Shown: positions 8,660 through 19,289, counted from the first letter of the stretch. The stretch is DNA of 64,000 nucleotides from an uncultured Roseivirga sp. (GCA_947493005.1 CANLOY010000002.1:461810-525809); one strand, 5' to 3'. Numbers and translations are program-made. Notes: a model not told the origin generated them from the letters alone.

Positions 8660-10033
8660 ATGGCACAAAAACCTTCTTTACCTAAAGGCACCAGAGACTT
8701 TGGCCCACTACAAATGTACCGAAGGGAATACATTCTAAATTCTATAAAAAGTGTATTCAAAAAGTATGGTTTCATGCCGTTAGAAACTCCAGCATTAGAA
8801 AACCTACACGTTCTAACAGGTAAGTATGGAGATGAAGGTGATCAATTATTGTTCAGAGTACTCAATTCTGGAGATTTCTTAAGTAAAGCATCAATCGGGG
8901 ATTTTGAACAAGGTTCAAAGGTACTTTCTTCCAAAATAAGTGAGAAAGGATTAAAGTACGATTTAACGGTACCTTTCGCGAGATACGTAGTTATGAATCG
9001 TAACGATATCGCCTTTCCATTCAAAAGATATCAAATCCAACCCGTTTGGAGAGCAGACAGGCCCCAGAAAGGGCGTTACAGGGAGTTTTATCAATGCGAT
9101 GCTGATGTTGTCGGAACGGATTCCTTGATTTGCGAAGCCGAACTTCTCGCAATTGTCGAGGAAGTGTTTAACAAACTCCAGTTTACAGATTACAAAGTCT
9201 CTTTAAGTAGTAGAAAAATACTCGAAGGAATAGCATCAATCTGCGGTGCTTCAGATAGCTTTTCTACTTTTTGTACCATTCTGGATAAACTAGACAAAAT
9301 AGGACTTGATAAAGTAAATGAAGAGCTAAGAAACACTGGATTAAAAGATAAAGACTTAAGTACTCTCAATGAAATTATTGATCTTGAAGGAGATAATTCT
9401 GAAATACTCAATCGCCTCACCTCTTATTTCAAAAGTTCACCTGTTGGTCTTCAAGGAATAAATGAGATCAAAGAAACCTTTACTCATTTATCTGATCTTG
9501 GAATTGGACAAGACAATATCCAAGTAGATTTTACTTTAGCGCGAGGCCTCTCCTATTATACTGGAATCATTTACGAAGTAAAGCCAACGTCTATAAAAAT
9601 GGGCACAATAACAGCAGGTGGCCGTTACGATAACCTAACAGGTGTATTTGGTTTAAATGATGTTTCTGGCGTGGGAATTTCTTTTGGTGTCGACAGAATT
9701 TACGACACGCTTGAAGAACTTAATTTATTTCCTGACCATAGTACCCAAACAACTCAAATATTACTGACGAATTTTGATTCTGATGCAGAAAAGCATGCAC
9801 TAAAAATTCTGGGATTTTTAAGAAAATCAGGAATTGCCAGCGAGATTTATCCAAAGGCTCACAAGTTGAAAAAACAAATGGGGTATGCAGACAAAAAGCA
9901 AATACCTTATGTTTTAATGATTGGTTCGAGAGAAATTGAAACGGGGATTTATACACTCAAAAATATGGCATCGGGCGACCATGAAGAAGTGAATACCGAC
10001 CAATTGATAGAAAAGCTATCTGCCACAGATTAG
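8660..10033 (+). CDS. hisS: Histidine--tRNA ligase
   Basis: PKGTRDF, YDLTVPFARY, WRADRPQKGRYREFYQCD, ARGLSYYTG, GGRYD. Confidence 0.98.
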   Translation: MAQKPSLPKGTRDFGPLQMYRREYILNSIKSVFKKYGFMPLETPALENLHVLTGKYGDEGDQLLFRVLNSGDFLSKASIGDFEQGSKVLSSKISEKGLKYDLTVPFARYVVMNRNDIAFPFKRYQIQPVWRADRPQKGRYREFYQCDADVVGTDSLICEAELLAIVEEVFNKLQFTDYKVSLSSRKILEGIASICGASDSFSTFCTILDKLDKIGLDKVNEELRNTGLKDKDLSTLNEIIDLEGDNSEILNRLTSYFKSSPVGLQGINEIKETFTHLSDLGIGQDNIQVDFTLARGLSYYTGIIYEVKPTSIKMGTITAGGRYDNLTGVFGLNDVSGVGISFGVDRIYDTLEELNLFPDHSTQTTQILLTNFDSDAEKHALKILGFLRKSGIASEIYPKAHKLKKQMGYADKKQIPYVLMIGSREIETGIYTLKNMASGDHEEVNTDQLIEKLSATD

Positions 10034-10158
10034 CCTGCATTAATCATTCATAATAGGCAGATTAGTTTTTTTTGAATAAGTTTCGAATGAAACTACCGTT
10101 TATTCAGCGGAGTATGATGTCAATTTTGAATCACGCTGTTTTTAATCTTTTTAAACCA

Positions 10159-11871
10159 ATGCAGACCAAATGGGCTGCTTTGCTAATATTGCTTGCTCTA
10201 TTAGGCAACACTACACTTGGACAGCATTTGAGCAGAAATGGTGACTTCAGGTTAGCACACGTTTCAGGATGCGCTCCTTTTACAATTACTCCTGAAGTCC
10301 TTTTTCCAGTCACCAACGAGCCCGTTCTGTATTATTATGACAATACACTTAACCCTGATAACTGTGCTGTAGACATTAACCAAAACCCAGCCGCATGTGT
10401 AGACACTGGGCTTTCCTCAGCCACACAATTTACTTTTAGTCAACCTGGCATATATTACATTGTGCAAATCATTGGAACAAGCCCAACCCCAAGAGTAGAT
10501 TTTATTGAGGTAAGAGTTATAGAAGACAGAGCACCCTTTATTGGTATTTCTGTTTGTGACAACAACAACGCACAGTTCATTTTCGATTTCTCTGGAGATT
10601 TTTTTGACTTTTACAACATTGACTTTGGTGATGGCAACACAATGCAATTACCAAAAACTGGAGACAATACCATTATTCACACTTACAGTCAACCAGGCAC
10701 ATATACCATGACCGCACAAGGTCAGTTAAACTCAGGAGATAATTTATCTTGTTCATTAATAAGGCAAGAACAAATCACAACAATAACCCGAATTCCCTCC
10801 CCCATTATTGATAGTTTGATTGTAGAAGATGGTATTGAATCAACAATATATTACCAGCAATTGAACGATCGCCTGGTTTATAATCTGGAAATAGATATGG
10901 GCAGTGGCTTTCAGCTTTTCCAAAGCATCTCTCCTCAAACAAACGGGCGGTCATTTACAATCAGAGACCTCTCTCATGATAATGCAAATGAGTTTTATCG
11001 ATACAGAATAGAAGCTACAGATCATTGCGGTTCTGCTTCACAATATTCAGACCCCATTTCAAGTATAGCATTTAACTCTTCTTTAGCCTCTTTTAACAAT
11101 GGAATTGAAGTTACTTTAAACTGGCAAACTTCTAGTACAAGTTTCAATACTGTGGATTTTTATCTGAATCAGGCATTTCAGCAAAGTTTTAACACCCCCA
11201 CTAACAACACAGGATTTACAGTTACATTTTCCAACTGCAATGAATTTGGACAAATGTATATGGAGCATGTTTTTAATGGGAAACTTTCACGGAGCATTAT
11301 CTCAACTCCACTTCAGGGACAAAATCTCGATTTGCCTCCTCCACAAACTCCCGTTGGACAGCTAAATGGCACAGGAATTACTCTAAACTACTCTCCTCCG
11401 GATTTTACCGTTTCAGAATATTTGATTTTCAGAAGAGATGAATCTGGCACCTTTCAACAACTTGCCAATGTTAACTCCAATTCTTATCAAGATCAATCGG
11501 TTCCCACGGGAGTTTCCCAAGTATGCTATGCTGTAAGGTATGTAGACGAATGTGGCAACATGTCAGAATTGAGTAATGAAACCTGTATAACAGTATCAGG
11601 TGTATTAAGACTTCCTAATGCCTTTACCCCAAATGGTGATGGAATTAATGATGAGTTTAGAGTAGCAGATGGCATATTCCAATCTTTTGAATTGCTCATT
11701 TACAACCGCTGGGGAACTCTTGTGTTCCATTCAACTAACCCAACCAACGGATGGAGAGGAACTTTTAATGGTAAACCGGCTCCATCTGGAACATATACCT
11801 ATAGAGTTTCGTTTGCGAATGCAGACAATGTAGCTTCGGTAAAAACAGGAACTTTTGTTTTAATTCGATAG
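10159..11871 (+). CDS. T9SS type B (gliding motility-associated CTD) cargo protein with a PKD domain (track start 10072)
   Basis: Signal peptide from M at 10159; IDFGDG PKD motif; C-terminal LPNAFTPNGDGINDEF...IYNRWG...GTYTY. Confidence 0.88.
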   Translation: MQTKWAALLILLALLGNTTLGQHLSRNGDFRLAHVSGCAPFTITPEVLFPVTNEPVLYYYDNTLNPDNCAVDINQNPAACVDTGLSSATQFTFSQPGIYYIVQIIGTSPTPRVDFIEVRVIEDRAPFIGISVCDNNNAQFIFDFSGDFFDFYNIDFGDGNTMQLPKTGDNTIIHTYSQPGTYTMTAQGQLNSGDNLSCSLIRQEQITTITRIPSPIIDSLIVEDGIESTIYYQQLNDRLVYNLEIDMGSGFQLFQSISPQTNGRSFTIRDLSHDNANEFYRYRIEATDHCGSASQYSDPISSIAFNSSLASFNNGIEVTLNWQTSSTSFNTVDFYLNQAFQQSFNTPTNNTGFTVTFSNCNEFGQMYMEHVFNGKLSRSIISTPLQGQNLDLPPPQTPVGQLNGTGITLNYSPPDFTVSEYLIFRRDESGTFQQLANVNSNSYQDQSVPTGVSQVCYAVRYVDECGNMSELSNETCITVSGVLRLPNAFTPNGDGINDEFRVADGIFQSFELLIYNRWGTLVFHSTNPTNGWRGTFNGKPAPSGTYTYRVSFANADNVASVKTGTFVLIR

Positions 11872-11892
11872 CTTTGGCAAAAAATCACAAGC

Positions 11893-12225
11893 ATGTTCGA
11901 CATGATGAAAATGATGGGCAAGGTCAAAGAAATGCAGGCCAAAATGAAAGAAGCCCAGGAGAGGTTAGAGTTTATTGAAGAAACCGGAGAAGCAGGTGCT
12001 GGCATGGTAAGGGCAACAGTTAATGGCAAGAAGCAAGTTATCTCAATTGATATTGATGAAAGTCTATTAACCAAGGAGGACAAAGACATGGTTCAGGACC
12101 TTTCAGTTGCCGCAATAAATAATGCTTTGGAAAAGGTTGAGATCAAAGCCAAAGAAGAAATCAAAAACAGCACCGAAGGTATTTTGCCTAATATTCCAGG
12201 AATGGATTTTGGCAACATGTTCTGA
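11893..12225 (+). CDS. ybaB: YbaB/EbfC nucleoid-associated protein
   Basis: MMKMMGKVKEMQ, GAGMVRATVNG, QDLSVAAINNAL. Confidence 0.92.
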   Translation: MFDMMKMMGKVKEMQAKMKEAQERLEFIEETGEAGAGMVRATVNGKKQVISIDIDESLLTKEDKDMVQDLSVAAINNALEKVEIKAKEEIKNSTEGILPNIPGMDFGNMF

Positions 12226-13235
12226 TGAATATACTATCAGTTGTACTTCTTAATTATAATGGAAAGCACCATCTGGAGTCTTTTCTACCCTCTGTAGTTA
12301 AATTCAGTAAACCATATGAAGTGATAATTGTTGATAATGGATCTACCGATGGATCCGTTGATTATGTAAAAACCAATTTTCCTTCAGTAGTTACCATACC
12401 ATTTGACCAAAACTTTGGGTTTTGTGGTGGTTATAACCGTGCACTTGCTCAGATAGAGTCTGAATATGTAGTATTGCTAAATACCGATGTTGAAGTAACT
12501 GAAAATTGGATTGGGCCAGTGCTTTCAAGTCTTCAAAGAGATTCCTCGATAAAAGCTGCTCAACCAAAAATTCTTGATCAAAAAGCTAAAACCAAATTCG
12601 AATATGCAGGTGGTTCTGGGGGCTTCATAGATACACTAGGATACCCTTTCTGTCGTGGGCGTATTTTTCAAACCATTGAAACAGACACCGGGCAATATGA
12701 AAACTCACGAGACATTTTCTGGGCTTCGGGCAGCTGCCTTTTTATGCACAGAGAAACATACCTGAACCTTGGAGGGCTTGATGAGGATTTCTTTGCACAC
12801 ATGGAAGAAATTGATTTATGCTGGCGCATATGGAATTCTGGAAACAGAGTCATTGTAGCCCCTCAGAGTAGGGTCTTTCATGTTGGTGGCGGAACATTAG
12901 ATAAATCAAAGCCGCAAAAAACATATCTGAATTTCAGAAATGGCCTAAGTTTATTGATAAAAAATGAGCGTTCAACTACATTAATCTGGAAATTACCTCT
13001 TAGAGTAGTTTTAGATTGGGTGGCATTAGTTAAATTCTCTCTGGAAAGTGGACCAAGTCATGGGTTGGCAATAATCAGAGCTCATTTCTATATTCTTTTT
13101 CATCTCGGCTCTAATTTAAAAAAGAGAAGTCCCTCTAAGGCCTCGGTAAAAAAACCAATCCTTAAAGGTTGGATAATTTGGTCATACTTTATCAAGCAAA
13201 GGAAAAAATTCTCTCAGCAAAAGGCTATCAATTAG
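12225..13235 (+). CDS. Glycosyltransferase family 2
   Basis: VVLLNYNG, VDNGSTD, LLNTD, FFAHMEEIDLCWR, HVGGGTL. Confidence 0.92.
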   Translation: MNILSVVLLNYNGKHHLESFLPSVVKFSKPYEVIIVDNGSTDGSVDYVKTNFPSVVTIPFDQNFGFCGGYNRALAQIESEYVVLLNTDVEVTENWIGPVLSSLQRDSSIKAAQPKILDQKAKTKFEYAGGSGGFIDTLGYPFCRGRIFQTIETDTGQYENSRDIFWASGSCLFMHRETYLNLGGLDEDFFAHMEEIDLCWRIWNSGNRVIVAPQSRVFHVGGGTLDKSKPQKTYLNFRNGLSLLIKNERSTTLIWKLPLRVVLDWVALVKFSLESGPSHGLAIIRAHFYILFHLGSNLKKRSPSKASVKKPILKGWIIWSYFIKQRKKFSQQKAIN

Positions 13236-13450
13236 TTATACCACACAGGATTTTTTCTTCTTCTCAAGTGTTTTCTAAAATTGATTACATACGCTAAAGA
13301 AAGGTAAATAATCACTGGAGACCCGAAGGTTAAGAAGGAAGCATAAATAAAGAATAGGCGAATACTAGAAGTAGAAAGGTTTAACTTTTCTCCTAGCTTG
13401 GTACAGACTCCAAACGCCTGATTTTCAAAAAACTGCTGAATTCTTTCCAT
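13232..13450 (-). CDS. Stand-alone PspC domain protein
   Basis: FGVCTKLGEKL...IRLFFIYASF...IIYLSLAY. Confidence 0.85.
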   Translation of the reverse strand: MERIQQFFENQAFGVCTKLGEKLNLSTSSIRLFFIYASFLTFGSPVIIYLSLAYVINFRKHLRRRKNPVWYN

Positions 13451-13575
13451 TTCCGTCTACCTTATTACGAATTTAGGAACAATTTATTTACTCTAAAATC
13501 GGAATCTACTAAAAAATTCTTAAACTTGCAGCCTGTTTGAATAGGCTTAAACAGACGAAAACAATCAAAATTCTT

Positions 13576-15348
13576 ATGAAAACCCAAACTGCTAAAAAAA
13601 TTTTTCCTTTGCTGCTCATTGGCGTAATGTCAATCTCAGGCTGTGCCTTGAGTCAAATGAAAAAAGCGGCAAAAAACCAGGAGCTGGTTGTAGTCCCTAA
13701 TCCATTAGAAGTACATGCCGATACTGTAAGGTTCGAGCTATCTGCCAATCTACCTGTGAAAATGTTGAAACCTAAGAAGGTTTATGAGATTAGCACTTTC
13801 TATAAATATGGTACTCAAGAGAGAGCTTTAAAGAAAATCGAATTCAGAGAAACTGACTATCCTAACTCTGCTACTGAGCAACCAAAAATCACTCAAGAGT
13901 ATACTTTCCCTTACAGAAAGGGAATGGAGAGAGGAAATATCGAAATTCAAGGTAGAGCGATAAACCCAAAATCAGGAAACTATCTTGAAACTGAAAGACT
14001 AGGTATCGCTGAAGGCTTGATTACTACTTCTAAACTTGTGCAACCTTCTTACAGTGCATCTTACGCTTTCCATGGTTACAATGATCAGGAAGAACTTATC
14101 CCAACTAATGTTGAATTTTATTTCGATCAGGGTAAATCTGTTTTCAAAACTTCTGCACAAGAAGAAGCAGCTTCCAAATTTGCAGCTTTCATTGCTGAAA
14201 AGAATGTTACTAAAACTGTTACCATTACAGGTTCTCACTCTCCTGAAGGTAGAGAAACTATTAACACTGACTTAGCTAAAGAAAGAGCTGATGCAATTGA
14301 AAAATGGTACAGAGAGCAAATGGACAAGTATGATTACCAAGGTCTTGCTAGCAACATCAGGTTCATTATCAAGCCAGTAGTCCAAGATTGGAGTGGCTTA
14401 AAAGCAGCTCTTGCTAGCTACAATGGTATCTCTTCAAGCCAAAAATCTGAGTGGAACAGTATCATTAACGGTGCTGGTTCATTTGAGCAAAAAGAAAAAG
14501 AGCTTCAAAAGCTAAGTACTTACAAGCAAGTATTTAAAGATGTTTATCCTTCTTTAAGAACAGCTAAAACAGAAGTTCTTACTGTTAAGCCTAAAAAGAC
14601 TCCAGCTGAAATTGCTTCTCTAGCACTTTCTTCTCCAAATCAACTTTCTGCTGAAGAATTAGCGTATGCTGCTGCAAACAACCCTTCATTAGAAGAGAAG
14701 AAGAGAATTTACGAAGCTGCTGTTAAGAAAGATGACACATGGGTTATTCAAAATAACCTAGGAGCTGTTAACCTAGAGCTAGCCATGCAAGCTAATGGTA
14801 GAAGCCAAAGAAACCTTATCACGACTGCCTTGAATCACTTTAACACTTCTAACCAGAAGAAAGCTAATGCTGAGGCTCAGGCTAATATTGGAATGGCACT
14901 TGCAATGCAAGGTAACCTTTGGGGAGCTCATGAAGCACTTACTAAAGCAGCTGGCATGAACCCTGGAAATAACGTAAGACAAGGTATTAATGGTACTAAA
15001 GGCGCTGTTGAGATCATGGTTGGAAGATATGATTTGGCTATTGGTTCTTTAAACAGAGCTTCTAACAGTTCAGTTGACCAGTTTAACAAAGGCCTTGTTC
15101 AGCTATTGAGAAAAGACTTCAGAAATGCACAAGTAACCTTAGAGAATGTTATTAGCAATGACAGAAGTTACGTTATGGCGCACTACGTTGCTGCTGTAGC
15201 TGCTGCACGTCAAAGCAACGAAAACAAGGTCATTGAGCACTTAAGAAACGCAGTTAATGCTGATTCTTCCTTGAAGCAAAAAGCAATTACTGATCTTGAG
15301 TTCAGACAATTCTCGGGTACAGATGCCTTCATCAACCTGATGAAATAA
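13576..15348 (+). CDS. Lipoprotein with OmpA-like domain and C-terminal TPRs (track start 13537)
   Basis: Lipobox ISGC; ITGSHSPEG...NTDLAKERA; TPR-like NNLGAV, AQANIG, AHYVAAVAAAR. Confidence 0.7.
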   Translation: MKTQTAKKIFPLLLIGVMSISGCALSQMKKAAKNQELVVVPNPLEVHADTVRFELSANLPVKMLKPKKVYEISTFYKYGTQERALKKIEFRETDYPNSATEQPKITQEYTFPYRKGMERGNIEIQGRAINPKSGNYLETERLGIAEGLITTSKLVQPSYSASYAFHGYNDQEELIPTNVEFYFDQGKSVFKTSAQEEAASKFAAFIAEKNVTKTVTITGSHSPEGRETINTDLAKERADAIEKWYREQMDKYDYQGLASNIRFIIKPVVQDWSGLKAALASYNGISSSQKSEWNSIINGAGSFEQKEKELQKLSTYKQVFKDVYPSLRTAKTEVLTVKPKKTPAEIASLALSSPNQLSAEELAYAAANNPSLEEKKRIYEAAVKKDDTWVIQNNLGAVNLELAMQANGRSQRNLITTALNHFNTSNQKKANAEAQANIGMALAMQGNLWGAHEALTKAAGMNPGNNVRQGINGTKGAVEIMVGRYDLAIGSLNRASNSSVDQFNKGLVQLLRKDFRNAQVTLENVISNDRSYVMAHYVAAVAAARQSNENKVIEHLRNAVNADSSLKQKAITDLEFRQFSGTDAFINLMK

Positions 15349-15368
15349 TATCTAAAAAGCATAAATTG

Positions 15369-15407
15369 AAAAAGTCTCTTTCCTGCAGGAAAGAGACTTT
15401 TTTTTTT
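15369..15407 (+). terminator. Intrinsic terminator (perfect 34-bp palindrome plus T-run)
   Basis: AAAAAGTCTCTTTCC-TGCA-GGAAAGAGACTTTTT followed by further Ts. Confidence 0.9.
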
Positions 15408-15485
15408 GCTAGTTATTATGCCCTTTTGGTTGTTGGTAATTGAAGGTTGAATGTTTATTTTTACGCCCGCTAAATAAAAAATTCA

Positions 15486-16463
15486 ATGAGAGTTATACAG
15501 TTCAGAGAAGCCCTTAGAGAAGCGATGAGCGAAGAGATGAGAAGAGACGAAAAAGTCTTTCTTATGGGTGAAGAAGTTGCAGAATACAATGGTGCTTATA
15601 AAGTGAGTCAAGGTATGCTGGATGAGTTTGGGGCTGAGCGTGTAATTGACACTCCTATTGCAGAACTTGGGTTTGCTGGAATTGGTGTTGGAGCAGCCAT
15701 GAATGGCTTAAGACCTCTTATTGAGTTTATGACATTTAACTTTTCATTGGTAGCTATAGATCAGGTGATCAACTCAGCTGCCAAGATGATGTCCATGTCT
15801 GGAGGACAGTTTCAAGTACCTATTGTATTCAGAGGCCCTACTGGTAACGCAGGCATGTTGAGTTCTCAGCACTCACAAAACTTTGAAAACTGGTATGCAA
15901 ATACCCCAGGATTAAAAGTTGTTGTTCCTTCAAACCCTTATGATGCTAAAGGACTTTTAAAGTCTTCTATTAGAGATAACGACCCTGTAATCTTTATGGA
16001 GTCTGAATTGATGTATTCAGACAAAGGGGAAGTTCCTGAAGGCGAGTATTTACTTCCAATAGGTCAGGCCAATATTACTCGAGAAGGATCAGATGTAACA
16101 CTTGTCTCTTTTGGAAAAATGATGAAAGTAGTAACTGAAGCGGCTGAAGAATTGGCAAAAAATGGAGTCAATGCAGAAGTTATCGACCTAAGATCTGTCA
16201 GACCAATAGACTATACAACCATTATTGAATCTGTCAAGAAAACAAACAGGCTTGTAGTTGTAGAAGAAGCATGGCCACTAGCGTCTATTTCTACGGACAT
16301 AGCTTTCAATATTCAGAAAGATGCTTTCGATTATCTGGACGCGCCAGTGAAAAGAGTAAATAGCTATGACCTACCTCTACCCTATGCTCCTACATTAATC
16401 GATGCCATATTGCCAAATGTAAAAAGAACTCTTGAAGCAGTTGACTCTGTGATGTACAGATAA
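15486..16463 (+). CDS. pdhB: Pyruvate dehydrogenase E1 subunit beta
   Basis: MRVIQFREAL, GEEVAEYNGAYKVS, DTPIAELGFAG, SQHSQ, DAKGLLKS. Confidence 0.96.
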   Translation: MRVIQFREALREAMSEEMRRDEKVFLMGEEVAEYNGAYKVSQGMLDEFGAERVIDTPIAELGFAGIGVGAAMNGLRPLIEFMTFNFSLVAIDQVINSAAKMMSMSGGQFQVPIVFRGPTGNAGMLSSQHSQNFENWYANTPGLKVVVPSNPYDAKGLLKSSIRDNDPVIFMESELMYSDKGEVPEGEYLLPIGQANITREGSDVTLVSFGKMMKVVTEAAEELAKNGVNAEVIDLRSVRPIDYTTIIESVKKTNRLVVVEEAWPLASISTDIAFNIQKDAFDYLDAPVKRVNSYDLPLPYAPTLIDAILPNVKRTLEAVDSVMYR

Positions 16464-16482
16464 AAGAATTTTATTCTAAGCT

Positions 16483-16510
16483 AAGCCGGATCAAAAGTCC
16501 GGCTTTTTTT
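16483..16510 (+). terminator. Intrinsic terminator after pdhB
   Basis: AAGCCGGA-tcaaaag-TCCGGCTT followed by T-run. Confidence 0.85.
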
Positions 16511-16520
16511 ATGTTTACAT

Positions 16521-17021
16521 ATGGGTAAGCTCATATTAATAGCAGGTGTAAGCAGGTCTGGCAAAACTACTCTGACCAAATACTTAAATGAACACCTGAA
16601 CAACTGTTTAGTTATTCATCAAGATAGGTTAGTCTTGCCCAAAGCTCAAATTCCAAAAGTCAGAGACAGAATAGACTGGGAAAGACCAGAAAGCATTGAT
16701 TGGACCAATTTGTTTCGACTGCTGACAGAATCAGCATCATCTTATGATTATATCATTGTTGAAGGGATATTTGCCTTATCCAACAAAAAGCTTGTTGAGC
16801 AATCAGATTATTCAATAGCACTTGAAATTGACAAAGAGAGCTACTTGGAAAGAAGAAAGCTTGAAACACGTTGGGGAACAGAGCCCGCATGGTTTCTTGA
16901 ACATGTTTGGGATAGTCATCTCAAGTATCACAACCCTTACAATATCGAAATAGACACCATTTTAACAAACCCCACTCAATCAGATTACAGTCAGGTTTTA
17001 AACGAAATCAATAAGCTCTGA
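16521..17021 (+). CDS. P-loop nucleoside kinase (uridine kinase / nicotinamide riboside kinase-like)
   Basis: Walker A GVSRSGKTT; IHQD, WERPESIDW, IIVEG. Confidence 0.75.
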   Translation: MGKLILIAGVSRSGKTTLTKYLNEHLNNCLVIHQDRLVLPKAQIPKVRDRIDWERPESIDWTNLFRLLTESASSYDYIIVEGIFALSNKKLVEQSDYSIALEIDKESYLERRKLETRWGTEPAWFLEHVWDSHLKYHNPYNIEIDTILTNPTQSDYSQVLNEINKL

Positions 17022-17030
17022 AAATTTTAT

Positions 17031-17819
17031 TTGCATCTGGGAATTCAATTCTATACTTTAACGAAAAATTTAGTTGAATTGAAAAACGTACACAAAACAC
17101 TTCTATTCTTTTCAATACTAAGTTGTGGTATCTTCGCATGTACTACTGCTGAAAAGCCCGAAGAAGAAGTCCTTAACCAGCCAGAAACTGTAGCTAAAAC
17201 TATCACTACAGATATTGATGCAGATTTACCAACTTACAGATTTCAGTTTGGCTCTTTATCTCTTAACCAGCACATGAAGGATATCGACCCCATAGTTTTC
17301 AAACACTATGGCGAATTCTTCACTGAAGACTTCAGTATATATAGATTAGATAGAATTGATTACCTAGCTGAGTCTTATTTTATAGATGACATTAACCTTT
17401 ATTATATAGACAGCCTATTGGTTAAAATCCAAGCTTACCTAAGAGAAGATAAAACAGATGAGTTTTTGAGAAAATACGGAAAGGCAAAGATTCTTATCAG
17501 TGATTATCACAATAAAAAACTTCTTGAAACAGAAGATGTAATTACGAAAAAGGACGGCAAATACCAAGTAAACGAAAAACTTGACGCTTATAAATTAAAG
17601 TGGGGACGTAAACACCTTGACATCGAGTATAGTGTGAGCAAAAAAGCTGATACTACCAAGATACTCCAACCTCATGACATCAGACGATTTGATGACAAAA
17701 GGCAACGATACAAGTTAACTTTTCAAACCAAAGATTTTGACAATCAGCTGGCTTGGGTAAAATGGGAATCTTATAAGCAGTCCAGAGGATTGGTAGCCGA
17801 ACCGGCAAGTGATAAGTAA
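17031..17819 (+). CDS. Hypothetical lipoprotein (start may be TTG 17079)
   Basis: Lipobox IFAC; 262-aa ORF with no recognised domain. Confidence 0.65.
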   Translation: MHLGIQFYTLTKNLVELKNVHKTLLFFSILSCGIFACTTAEKPEEEVLNQPETVAKTITTDIDADLPTYRFQFGSLSLNQHMKDIDPIVFKHYGEFFTEDFSIYRLDRIDYLAESYFIDDINLYYIDSLLVKIQAYLREDKTDEFLRKYGKAKILISDYHNKKLLETEDVITKKDGKYQVNEKLDAYKLKWGRKHLDIEYSVSKKADTTKILQPHDIRRFDDKRQRYKLTFQTKDFDNQLAWVKWESYKQSRGLVAEPASDK

Positions 17820-19154
17820 TTACCTTCTGCCAGCCATGTTAGCAAGTCCGGCCATTGCACGTTTTCCTCCAACCTTATTCATGGCTTTCATCATTTTGCG
17901 CATATCACCAAATTGCTTCATTAGATTATTCACTTGCTGAATAGAAGTACCAGAACCATCTGCAATTCGTTTCCTTCTACTACCGTTAAGAATTTCAGGG
18001 TTAGCTCGCTCATCTTTAGTCATTGACTTAATGATTGCCTCAATTGGCTTAAATGAATCGTCATCAATGTCAATACCTTTCAATGCTTTACCCATTCCTG
18101 GGATCATTCCCATCAAGTCTTTCAGGTTACCCATTTTCTTAATCTGCTCAAGCTGGGAAAGAAAGTCATCGAAATCGAACTTGTTCTGACGAATTTTCTT
18201 GTTAAGCTTCTTGGCTTCTTCTTCATCAAAAGATTGCTGGGCCTTCTCAACTAGTGAGACCACATCACCCATACCAAGAATTCTACTCGCCATACGATCA
18301 GGGTGGAACACATCTATTGCCTCCATCTTCTCCCCTGTCGAGATGAACTTGATTGGCTTATTAACTACACTTCTGATAGAAAGTGCTGCACCACCTCGAG
18401 TATCACCATCAAGCTTTGTCAGAACAACTCCATCAAAGTCCAGACGTTCGTTGAACGTTTTAGCAGTATTTACAGCATCCTGACCTGTCATTGAGTCAAC
18501 CACAAAGAGTGTTTCTGAAGGCTTAAGCGCATTCTTCAGCTGCTCTATCTCTTGCATCATTTGCTCATCCACAGCAAGACGCCCCGCAGTATCCACAATA
18601 ACTATTTTCTTGCCAATAGCTTTAGCATGCTTTATCGCATTATTAGCAATTTCAATTGCATTTTTATTCTCAGGCTCTGCATAAACATCAACATCAATCT
18701 GCTCACCAAGTACTTTCAATTGGTCAATCGCAGCAGGTCGATAAATATCACAGGCAGTCAGCATCACCTGACGCCCTTGAGATTTTAGCATTTTGGCTAG
18801 CTTACCGGAAAAAGTAGTCTTACCAGATCCCTGAAGTCCGGAAATTAGAATCACAGCAGGGTCGCCTTGAATAACAGTATCAACCTTCTGCCCTCCCATC
18901 ATCTCAGTAAGCTCTTCACTTACAATCTTGGTCAATAACTGACCTGGAGATACAGAAATCAATACATCTCTTCCTAATGCTTCCGTCTTTATTCGGTCGG
19001 TTACCTCTTTAGCAACTTTATAGTTAACATCGGCATCAATTAACGCTCTTCGGATTTCCTTGACCGTTGTGGCCACATTAATCTCTGTAATTTTGCCTTG
19101 TCCTTTTAACGTCTTAAAGGCTCTATCTAACTTTCCGCTTAAATTCTCAAACAT
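17820..19154 (-). CDS. ffh: Signal recognition particle protein
   Basis: GLQGSGKTT, DTAGR, TKLDGDTRGG, SRILGMGD, M-domain. Confidence 0.98.
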   Translation of the reverse strand: MFENLSGKLDRAFKTLKGQGKITEINVATTVKEIRRALIDADVNYKVAKEVTDRIKTEALGRDVLISVSPGQLLTKIVSEELTEMMGGQKVDTVIQGDPAVILISGLQGSGKTTFSGKLAKMLKSQGRQVMLTACDIYRPAAIDQLKVLGEQIDVDVYAEPENKNAIEIANNAIKHAKAIGKKIVIVDTAGRLAVDEQMMQEIEQLKNALKPSETLFVVDSMTGQDAVNTAKTFNERLDFDGVVLTKLDGDTRGGAALSIRSVVNKPIKFISTGEKMEAIDVFHPDRMASRILGMGDVVSLVEKAQQSFDEEEAKKLNKKIRQNKFDFDDFLSQLEQIKKMGNLKDLMGMIPGMGKALKGIDIDDDSFKPIEAIIKSMTKDERANPEILNGSRRKRIADGSGTSIQQVNNLMKQFGDMRKMMKAMNKVGGKRAMAGLANMAGRR

Positions 19155-19173
19155 TTACCTGTAATTTGGGATG

Positions 19174-19181
19174 CAAAATTA
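19174..19181 (-). promoter_or_regulatory. -7 promoter element TAATTTTG of ffh
   Basis: Matches TAnnTTTG about 20 nt upstream of the ATG. Confidence 0.55.
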
Positions 19182-19289
19182 GCCAAATTTCTGTGCATTA
19201 AAAGAGTAGAAAGCTTGATTTCGTATACAAAACCTTTTGTATTCCATGCCTTATAGAGATATTGGTGTTTAAATCCCAAAGCAGACCAA

